A stretch of 64,000 bases of DNA from positions 14,212 through 78,211 of the forward strand of contig CACWFV010000008.1 in NCBI GenBank assembly GCA_902760315.1. The letters are read 5' to 3'. Positions 10,924-18,302 of this stretch are shown here, one piece after another. Made by a program: the position numbers and the translations under genes. How positions within the stretch are numbered: the first letter of the stretch is position 1; each line of letters opens with the position of its first letter. Source of the stretch: an uncultured Bacteroidales bacterium. Its GTDB lineage: Bacteria > Bacteroidota > Bacteroidia > Bacteroidales > Bacteroidaceae. Under the pieces are notes generated by a model. The model saw only the letters and a program-made list of their open reading frames with translations, was not told where the DNA came from and searched no databases.

Positions 10924-11468
10924 AAGTCCTTATAGTATCAGTTTCAGTGTAAACACTGAAACCAGCAGTTATGTTAAACTTCCTTTAGAAGTGTATTTTT
11001 TTGTTTTCAGTTAACACTATAGGCTCTTTTGGCTCTCTCGGACTAAATCTTGACATGTCCGAAAAGCGTTTTTCCTCATCCCCCCCTCATTCTCTCATCC
11101 TTCAAAAGTACTCCCCCCATCTCACCGCTGTCCGTCCGTTAACATTTCTTCACACCGATTGCTTATAAAATCTTAACGCTATTGCCAGTTTGGGTAAAAA
11201 GTGCTATCTTTGTACTGGAAATGGCCAAAAAGGCCCAATTTCCCGGATGTCTGATGAATGTCTGATGAAACAGGAAACGGTGTTTCCGTTTTACATTGTG
11301 TATCAGGCTGTTATGCGGAAGTTCACATTAGCTGGGAAATCGTAAGATACTATATATATCATATCAACATCTATTATCAAATTAACTATAGTATAATATC
11401 ATCTTAAAAAGATTGAGCATAAAGGATCAAGGGAGACGGTGATTATTGATGTCTGATAGATGATGCTT

Positions 11469-11948
11469 TTATACCTCATAAGATTCCACAAACCGAAGAG
11501 CTCTGATTACTTTTTCGGTATGGAAGGACAGCTGATTGTAAGTTTTGTATGCTTTTAATCGAGCTATGGCGCTTTGAGCATCTAACACACCACTCTCGTA
11601 TAGATTAACAGTAACGAAAACATTATCGTTCGCTACGGGTCCAAAGACTAAATCATAGTCGTGTACTTGTCCCTTACGACAACCAACCACAAAATCCAAC
11701 CATGCGGCATCAACACCATGAAACTCCCTAATTCGTAATTCTGAATTTGCTAATAGTGCATCATCCACCTCGTAAACAGAGACTATCTTTTTTCCTGTCT
11801 TAGCTCTATCCAACTTTATCTCCGTCCACTTCTCAGCCTGTTCCTTCTGAGTAGTTGTATAGAAGCCCTTACCGAAATCTGTTTTATTACGTCCATAACG
11901 AAGACTCGGGTTACGGACCTCTACATTTGAGCCATGATATAACCTCAT
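11469..11948 (-). CDS. DUF3990 family protein (ADP-ribosyltransferase-like fold, putative toxin)
   Basis: MRLYHGS...DFGKGFYTT...YDLVFGPVAND...QLSFHT; ATGA overlap with the upstream partner gene. Confidence 0.8.
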   Translation of the reverse strand: MRLYHGSNVEVRNPSLRYGRNKTDFGKGFYTTTQKEQAEKWTEIKLDRAKTGKKIVSVYEVDDALLANSELRIREFHGVDAAWLDFVVGCRKGQVHDYDLVFGPVANDNVFVTVNLYESGVLDAQSAIARLKAYKTYNQLSFHTEKVIRALRFVESYEV

Positions 11949-12380
11949 TTTCTCTTTCTCCTATTAATGAAACGTTGGACCTCGTCAATCACATATTCGG
12001 TTCCTTGGGTATGGAGCATATCATAATGTTTAAGCAAGAACAAATCTGCATCATATTCTTTAAACAGAGCTAATGCCTGTAAGCCTCCGATACCTTTATG
12101 TAGTGCATACTTCTCCAAGGTATAAACAAAGAACTCGAATGCTTGTGGGGTAGTCTCAACCGCATGATGTTTACGCGTCTTCTCAAATTCTTCGTACAAA
12201 GCCTCGGAACTCATATACCACCATCTAGCCCCTTCGTTATAGAGTTCCTTATACATATCATTGGAATAAATATATGTAAGAGCCTCATCCAGGGAGATTC
12301 TTTTTTTCTCGGACACGTATTCTGCCAAACGGGCAACGGGCAACCTTAATCGGAATGATATTTTCTTCGTATACACCCAT
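11945..12380 (-). CDS. DUF3791-like partner protein, 5' end apparently frameshifted
   Basis: FL..HYDMLHTQGTEYVIDEV motif. ATG 12380 is in frame only if the 7-bp duplication at 12328-12341 is removed; GTG 12376 is in frame as it stands. Confidence 0.7.
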
Positions 12381-12393
12381 ACTTGCTTGCTTA

Positions 12394-12688
12394 AAACTAA
12401 TTGAGAATTGAAAAGTGATAATTGATAATTATTTCTTTTCGTCAGAAACTTTAAACTAATTGAGAATTGAAAAGTGATAATTGATAATCATTTCTTTTCG
12501 TCAGAAACTTTAAACTAATTGAGAATTGATAAGTGATAATTGATAATTATTTCTTTTCGTCAGAAACTTTAAACTAATTGAGAATTGAAAAGTGATAATT
12601 GATAATTATTTCTTTTCGTCAGAAACTTTAAACTAATTGAGAATTGAAAAGTGATAATTGATAATTATTCCTTTTCGTCAGAAGCCTT
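12394..12688. repeat. Tandem array, 5 x 59 bp
   Basis: Unit AAACTAATTGAGAATTGAAAAGTGATAATTGATAATTATTTCTTTTCGTCAGAAACTTT starts at 12394, 12453, 12512, 12571 and 12630. The last copy includes the stop codon and last codons of the four-helix-bundle gene. Confidence 0.97.
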
Positions 12689-13024
12689 AAGTTTCTTGAT
12701 AATTGAGGTTAAGAGCTTGATTAGCTCTGTACAATCCGCATTAATAGATGCATAATGTTCATCCGCAAGATAACCCGTCTCATGAAGGAGGTCAAGCCAG
12801 TATTCTGTCTCGTCTGCCTCTTTCAGAGCTATATTCAATTTGTTTAGGAAGTCCATGCGGCTTTGAGCATTCTTGCTCTCACGCGTATTCGCCCCAATGC
12901 TGGTTCCACATCTTAACAGTTGCTTTGACATTACACGCTCCTGTTTTTGTTCTGTCAAGAACTTATAACATCGTATGATTCTTATAGCAAAAACCTTACT
13001 CTTATCTTGTATCGCGTTAGCCAT
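12665..13024 (-). CDS. Four helix bundle protein FHB-1 (23S rRNA-IVP / TIGR02436 family)
   Basis: KQLLRCGTSIGANTRES...DFLNKLNIALKEADETEYWL; probable ATG at 13024. Confidence 0.9.
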   Translation of the reverse strand: MANAIQDKSKVFAIRIIRCYKFLTEQKQERVMSKQLLRCGTSIGANTRESKNAQSRMDFLNKLNIALKEADETEYWLDLLHETGYLADEHYASINADCTELIKLLTSIIKKLKASDEKE

Positions 13025-13056
13025 AATTGTCAATTATCAACTGTCAATTGTCAATT
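13025..13056. repeat. Heptamer array (AATTGAY on the coding strand) upstream of FHB-1
   Basis: AATTGTC AATTATC AACTGTC AATTGTC AATT; inverted match to 12635-12666 at 27/32 positions. Confidence 0.85.
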
Positions 13057-13714
13057 AATACATTGAAACATTGATATCGAATGGACTGTCAAAATCCTTG
13101 AGTAAGGCGTGTTTAGTGTCCTTTTCACTTAACAATGCTTTGTCTGTAGGTATACGCCAATCAATACCCAAACTATCATCTAAGATACTTATACCGCCAT
13201 CAGCCTCCGGATGATAGAACTCATCACACTTGTACTGGAACACTGCGGTCTCAGACAAAACAGCAAAGCCATGAGCAAAGCCACGTGGTACAAAGAACTG
13301 GCGGCCTACTTTAGCGGTTAGCGTTGAGCGGTTATCGGTTAGCGAATCATTATATTCTTTTGCAATTCGTTCACCTTCTTCATCATGTGCACATAGCAAG
13401 CATTCAACGTGCTGACCGTATGTGGGGCTTCCTTTGCGAATATCAACAGCTACATCAAGGACTGCTCCTTTGACACAACGAACAATTTTGCTCTGAGTGA
13501 ATGGAGGGCGTTGGAAATGCAATCCACGCATTACGCCATAGGTGGACATACTTTCGTTGTCTTGGACAAAGTTTATACTGTGTCCAAGTATAGGAGCTAC
13601 TTTCTCATCAAACTCTCGCTGAGAAAAGCTCTCGAAGAAATAGCCACGGGCATCCTCGAAAATGCGTGGTTCTATTATCACCACACCGTCTATGGCGGTT
13701 TTAATAACTTCCAT
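13055..13714 (-). CDS. rfbC: dTDP-4-dehydrorhamnose 3,5-epimerase (copy 2, with ~25-aa insertion)
   Basis: Same motifs as copy 1, plus an extra segment between GQHV and RQFF. Confidence 0.92.
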   Translation of the reverse strand: MEVIKTAIDGVVIIEPRIFEDARGYFFESFSQREFDEKVAPILGHSINFVQDNESMSTYGVMRGLHFQRPPFTQSKIVRCVKGAVLDVAVDIRKGSPTYGQHVECLLCAHDEEGERIAKEYNDSLTDNRSTLTAKVGRQFFVPRGFAHGFAVLSETAVFQYKCDEFYHPEADGGISILDDSLGIDWRIPTDKALLSEKDTKHALLKDFDSPFDINVSMY

Positions 13715-13730
13715 ACTTATATCGTTATGC

Positions 13731-13870
13731 GGTTATCGGTTATCGTTGCTCAGGATTGATGTTCTTAGCCCTGAGAGCGTATTTCGTTTGTTGGTTATTG
13801 GTTATCGTTGCTCAGGATTGATGTTCTTAGCCCTGAGAGCATATTTCGTTTATCGGTTATTGGTTATCGG
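13731..13870. repeat. Tandem repeat, ~2.25 x 62 bp, with internal hairpin and GGTTATY heptamers
   Basis: Units start at 13731, 13793 and 13855 (partial); each full unit has a CTCAGG...CCTGAG stem. Confidence 0.92.
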
Positions 13871-14240
13871 GTTTAGTATTCAAGATTGAAGTACGTAGGC
13901 CGGATAACATCTTTCCAATATCGATAATCTGAGGTTTTATATTCTTTACTTCTTCTTCAGTTATATAGTCTAAATCTGCCGCTGTTTCAAGCTCGCTATA
14001 TGTTTCCATGAGTGAGCCGTACGCCATATCTATGAAGTGAGCCTTATCTTTTGGGTGTTTTCTCCCGCTGCCTTCTGCGATATTTGCTTTTACAGATACT
14101 ACGGCTCGTCTTATCTGGCTGCAAAGAGCAAAGTTCTCAATTGCCGGAAGCTTATTTACAAGAACATATACATCCTTCACAAGTTGTCTTGCTGCCTTGT
14201 ATACTCTCAAGCCTTCAAACGAAAAGTCGTGACTCTCCAT
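13857..14240 (-). CDS. Four helix bundle protein FHB-2 (23S rRNA-IVP family)
   Basis: FEGLRVYK...ENFALCSQIRRAVVSVKANIAEGSGR...AYGSLMET motif. Confidence 0.92.
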   Translation of the reverse strand: MESHDFSFEGLRVYKAARQLVKDVYVLVNKLPAIENFALCSQIRRAVVSVKANIAEGSGRKHPKDKAHFIDMAYGSLMETYSELETAADLDYITEEEVKNIKPQIIDIGKMLSGLRTSILNTKPDNQ

Positions 14241-14265
14241 TGCGATAACCTATAACCGATAACCG

Positions 14266-14355
14266 TCAATCGTGAACCAGCGTCCCGCTGTTCACCTCTT
14301 CCTTCATCTCATCTATCACCTTCAGAAGGTACTGACCATATTGATTCTTCAACAT
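14266..14355 (-). pseudogene. rfbA: 3' remnant of a second rfbA
   Basis: Translates to [29 protein letters not shown], matching the intact RfbA C-terminus [18 protein letters not shown]. Confidence 0.85.
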
Positions 14356-14384
14356 GGACAGGGACGAGTCCCCTCTATTTCCGC

Positions 14385-15278
14385 TCATTTTTTCTTAGGT
14401 GAGAACTTCATACGGTCACCGATGAACAGGTTGAAGGCGGTCTTCAGTCTCTTTCCCTGGAGGTACGGCAGGTTGACATGATAGGCACTGGGCCAGAGAC
14501 AGATGGCTTTCGCTGCCATAATCTGAGCAATATGGTCCAATTTCTCCTTAAGTTCCGGGGAGTCCCAACGGGCACCGAAATACTGCTTGCCCATAGCTTC
14601 GTAGAATCGCGCCAGCTGGCTACGGTCCATGTGGAAAAGGTATTTCAACAGCGGATTGGGTCCCAGCTTCCCCATGTGCGACAGGATACTAAAGTCCAGT
14701 AGCGGGTCGCCATAGCCAAAGTCGCCTAAGTCTATCCAGTACACCTTGCCGCCAGCCATGATGATATTGCAAGGGTTGAGGTCGCCGTGCAGACAGGTGG
14801 TGGCCGGTTCCAGGGCATCGATATAACCAAACAGCCGTTCCTTGATGTCGTCTGGCAGTAGTTGGTTGTCGGCTATCATCGCACGCGTGTTCAAATTTAT
14901 ATTATTGTCAAAGACCTCCGTATCGCAGGGGATACTGTGCAGAGCCTTAGCGTACTCCGCTGTAATTCCGGCCAGTTCTTCGAGGCGTTCAGGGTGGTCG
15001 GCGATGATGCGTCCGAACGACTCTTTGCCCTGAATACGCTGGACAGTCATGCCGTAGCGCTCGCCGTCGGTGACGAACTCGTAGGGTTCTGCCGACGGGA
15101 TACCCATCTGGAACACAGCTTTGGAGCGTTGGAACTCCTCCCAAGCCTTCTCTTTCGTTACGCTAGGTTTGTTGAGTTTGAGGATGATGGAGTCGTCGGT
15201 CTTATGGAAGAAAGACTCCCCGAAGCCCCCACCACCAAACTGCGTCCAGTCTTGAAGATTGATACGGTTTGCTGTCAT
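14385..15278 (-). CDS. APH/kinase-like phosphotransferase family protein
   Basis: Gly-rich loop GGGGFGES, ILKL, CLHGDLNPCNI and WIDLGD motifs. Confidence 0.85.
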   Translation of the reverse strand: MTANRINLQDWTQFGGGGFGESFFHKTDDSIILKLNKPSVTKEKAWEEFQRSKAVFQMGIPSAEPYEFVTDGERYGMTVQRIQGKESFGRIIADHPERLEELAGITAEYAKALHSIPCDTEVFDNNINLNTRAMIADNQLLPDDIKERLFGYIDALEPATTCLHGDLNPCNIIMAGGKVYWIDLGDFGYGDPLLDFSILSHMGKLGPNPLLKYLFHMDRSQLARFYEAMGKQYFGARWDSPELKEKLDHIAQIMAAKAICLWPSAYHVNLPYLQGKRLKTAFNLFIGDRMKFSPKKK

Positions 15279-15438
15279 AATCAGAAGAAAAAAATATTTA
15301 TTTAGTTGCCTACATTGCCTACACTGGCACTTAAACCACTATGTTACAGCGCGTTACCAGGTGTAAGATGCGGTGTAAGATGTGTAGGATGGCTGGTGAA
15401 AGGGTGGGTTTTCGGGGGCAGGGCTGTGATTTTGGTAC

Positions 15439-17520
15439 CTATTTCTTCTGGCGCACCAGGTAGACTCTGTTGGCGGAGAGGCGCCTGCCGCGTATGCCAG
15501 GCATGTTGCTCAGGTAGCGGCCGAAGGCGCTGACACCCTTGGCGTTCAGTCCGCTGCCCGCCTTGCTGCGCAGGTAGTCGTAGATGGCTGTCGGCGAGAG
15601 CCACTCGCCCTCCGACTCGTCGTCGACGATGTCGTAGTATTCGTTGAAGTAGTAGACGGCAGTGGGCACCTGTTCGTACTGTCGGTTGTGCTCCATGACC
15701 TGCTTCACCTCGTCCGGTGTGAACCACCACTGCATCTTGTGTCGTCTGATGAGTGCGTAGGCCTGTCCGTAGAGTGCCTCGTAGTTAGGCTTGTAGGTCG
15801 TATTGACGGGTGCCGTCAGCTGTACGCAGATGAATCGGCGGTTGCCTGTGGGATCGCCCAGCACGCGCGTCTCGTTGGTAGTAGCTATGAACGACGCGTA
15901 GCGCTTGAACACCTCGACATGCTTGCCGTAGGGCCGCTTGATTTTGACGTTGGCCAGCTGGATGACGTTCTTCAGGAATCCTTGCTGAATCTTCGGACTT
16001 ATCTGGTTGAACTCGTCCAGGTTGATGAGCAGGAAGTTGTGCATGGCCTGCAGCGTCTGGCGCTTCTCCTTGATGTCCAGGTTCTCCTGGAAGCCCCAGT
16101 TCAGTTCCTTGGGCAGTATCATGCGGCAGAACGACGTCTTGCCGTCGCCCTGCGGCGATATGAGCAGCGGTACGATGGCGTTGCCGTAGTCCTGTTCAGG
16201 CAGCAGCCATTGCGCCACCATGGACACGAACCATTTGCGGAACCACTCCTCCCACTGCGGCAGGTTGCACGGCACGCAGCGTGCCAGCTGTCCGATGTGG
16301 TCAGTCTTGCCGTCCCACTTGTCTGACACGCGCAGCAGGAAGTCGGCCACCGGGTCGCACTCCGGAATCATGTTTGAGCGCACATAGCGGCGCACGTCCT
16401 TGTCGCGCACGTCCAGTCCGGCCAGGCGCGCCTCCAGCGTCATGCCGTTGACGACGTTTTCGTCGCAGGGCAACCAGTCCTGCACCCACGTGTTGTTGGG
16501 CCGGTATTCCGTATAGCCCATCACCGTATTGTACCTATATACATAGCGCGTCGTCAGGAATCGTATCAGTCGGCGCGTCTCCAGACTGGCCCCTGCACTC
16601 TCCTCGAAGCTGTGCGGCTGTTCCTCGGCAAACGATGCCGCCACGATAGCGCGCAGCGTCTCCTCCTGAAGCCCCTCGCGACGGCGATGGTGGTTGCGCA
16701 TGTGCAGGAACGCCTCCTCCTCCGGCACCCCCATGGCACACAGCCGGTGGGCCAGTTCCGTGAGATAAGCCTCCTGGCGCTGACTCCCGATGATGTCCTC
16801 CGTCTCGGCATAGGCCTCCTCCGCCGCCCGCTCATACATCTGCTCGTAGACGGCAAAGAGGTCGATGTCCGGTTCGCGCTGTTCGTGCTGTCGGCCCATG
16901 TCGGCGCTTGCGGCAGGAAACAACTGACTCGTGGAAATCTGCAGCGGCGTGGCAGCAGGGTTGTAGTATGGCTGCGCGTCCATTGTCATGCGCACGTTGT
17001 AGCGCGCCGACATCGGTTGGCGCTCAATGGGTTTGCCCAGTATGCCGCCATAAACGCCCATCGCCATTTCGTAGCCCACCTTGCAGAAGCGGTCCATCTC
17101 CTGTTCCGTCTGCGGCACCATGTCTTTCGACGCCACGGCCACCAGCACCTCTACACTTCTGCCGTCGGCGCCCATGAATGCCGCCACCGTCATGGGCAAC
17201 ATGCGTGCGGCCGCCTTGACCGCCTCAATGTCACCCTGTCGCAGCAGGCCGGCCACGTGCAGCGCCACCATGCCGTTGAATGCCGTCACCTCCAGCGTGC
17301 CCGTCGGCGACTTCGCCAGTTCCACCAGTGGATAGACCCTGGGCACGGGCGTCATGCTCTCGTATTGGCCCGTATCGCCAAATTCGGCCACATACTGGCG
17401 CAGTTTATCCACGCTGCCAGCCTTGGTGTCCGTCTGGATACGCTCAAAGAACCACTCCGCAGGCTTCACCGACAGGTGCGTGGTCTGCTGTTTGTCTATA
17501 TTGACGATGCTGAATTTCAT
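15439..17520 (-). CDS. VirE/VapE-family P-loop ATPase with BT4734-like (VirE_N) N-terminal domain
   Basis: RYNTVMG.TEY, WDGKTDHI, Walker A SPQGDGKTS, Walker B LINLDEF, RYASFIATTN and DPTGNRRF motifs. Confidence 0.88.
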   Translation of the reverse strand: MKFSIVNIDKQQTTHLSVKPAEWFFERIQTDTKAGSVDKLRQYVAEFGDTGQYESMTPVPRVYPLVELAKSPTGTLEVTAFNGMVALHVAGLLRQGDIEAVKAAARMLPMTVAAFMGADGRSVEVLVAVASKDMVPQTEQEMDRFCKVGYEMAMGVYGGILGKPIERQPMSARYNVRMTMDAQPYYNPAATPLQISTSQLFPAASADMGRQHEQREPDIDLFAVYEQMYERAAEEAYAETEDIIGSQRQEAYLTELAHRLCAMGVPEEEAFLHMRNHHRRREGLQEETLRAIVAASFAEEQPHSFEESAGASLETRRLIRFLTTRYVYRYNTVMGYTEYRPNNTWVQDWLPCDENVVNGMTLEARLAGLDVRDKDVRRYVRSNMIPECDPVADFLLRVSDKWDGKTDHIGQLARCVPCNLPQWEEWFRKWFVSMVAQWLLPEQDYGNAIVPLLISPQGDGKTSFCRMILPKELNWGFQENLDIKEKRQTLQAMHNFLLINLDEFNQISPKIQQGFLKNVIQLANVKIKRPYGKHVEVFKRYASFIATTNETRVLGDPTGNRRFICVQLTAPVNTTYKPNYEALYGQAYALIRRHKMQWWFTPDEVKQVMEHNRQYEQVPTAVYYFNEYYDIVDDESEGEWLSPTAIYDYLRSKAGSGLNAKGVSAFGRYLSNMPGIRGRRLSANRVYLVRQKK

Positions 17521-17549
17521 ATCAATTCTCCCACTATTTTTCTACATTG

Positions 17550-17688
17550 TGGGATTTTTTTCCCACGGCCTGGGACAAAAGTCCCACAGTTTGGGATTTT
17601 TTTCCCACGGCTTGGGACGAAAGTCCCATGGTTTGGGCCCGACGGAGACGCGTCGGGAACGGGGGCTGACGCGTCGGGAACGGGGGGC
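17550..17688. repeat. 21-bp-period palindromic repeat arrays
   Basis: Four TGGGA..TCCCA units in ABAB order (17550-17633), then GACGCGTCGGGAACGGGGG twice (17647 and 17668). Confidence 0.85.
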
Positions 17689-17708
17689 AGGAGCAGTCGG
17701 GGGGGATG

Positions 17709-18146
17709 TTAGTCCAGATGCGTGAAGTTGTACTTGTCAACGTATTCGTCGAACTCCACCTCTGCGGTGTAGCCATAGTCGGCCAGCCACTGGCGAATCC
17801 ACTGCTGGTCGGCAGCCGTCAGCAGGCGGAGCCCCTTCTTGGCCCTATCGTAACCGCCAGCACTATGGAAATAGTCGGTCAGTGCCATGCGGAAGTCGTG
17901 GCGGGCATCGCGGCTGCCCAGCCGTTTGAAGAGCGTCACGAAGCCACGGGCCATTCTCTCAGGCTCGGCCTGTTCAAAATAGTCACAATTGTCGCCGCTC
18001 ACCGCCGCCGGCAACAGGCACGTCCACCTGTTGAGTCCCTTCGGAGCCTGCTGGCATGCCTGAAAGCGCAGGCATTGAGCCGCCTTCTGGCAATTATGCT
18101 TCTGGCAGAGCGGCCACCAGTCTGGTATGTCGTTAAAGTCAATCAT
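17709..18146 (-). CDS. DUF6078 family protein (Cys-rich N-terminus)
   Basis: C-x4-C-x5-CLR...C..F...ARGF...GLRLLT..QQWI...YGY pattern. Confidence 0.75.
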   Translation of the reverse strand: MIDFNDIPDWWPLCQKHNCQKAAQCLRFQACQQAPKGLNRWTCLLPAAVSGDNCDYFEQAEPERMARGFVTLFKRLGSRDARHDFRMALTDYFHSAGGYDRAKKGLRLLTAADQQWIRQWLADYGYTAEVEFDEYVDKYNFTHLD

Positions 18147-18302
18147 AGGTTTTAGTACAATTTTTATCGTCGAGGCACCATTTTTGCCTCAAAAATACGT
18201 TATCTTACACATCCCACACCGCATCCTACACTAAGTAATCAACTATAAGACAGGCAGTTGAGTGCCAGTGTAGGCAATGTAGGCAACTAAATAAACTATT
18301 TT

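Larger units (their letters stand above)
15297..18295. mobile_element. Inverted-repeat-bounded cassette carrying DUF6078 and VirE-like genes (mobile or invertible status unproven)
   Basis: 35-bp perfect IR (15297-15331 / 18261-18295) plus 30-bp IR with 26/30 identity (15361-15390 / 18202-18231), both ends with a 29-bp gap. Confidence 0.6.

Noticed and set aside
12394-12688. CRISPR array
   Set aside because: Units are contiguous near-identical repeats with no unique spacers; no cas genes in the window.
12665-14240. Diversity-generating retroelement (Avd-like genes)
   Set aside because: No reverse transcriptase and no TR/VR pair with adenine-specific mismatches; the two rfbC copies differ at all base types.
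14385-15278. Aminoglycoside resistance gene
   Set aside because: Only generic APH/kinase-fold motifs; the substrate cannot be assigned.
15297-18295. Classical IS element or prophage
   Set aside because: No DDE/HUH transposase, integrase or virion gene, and no target duplication seen.
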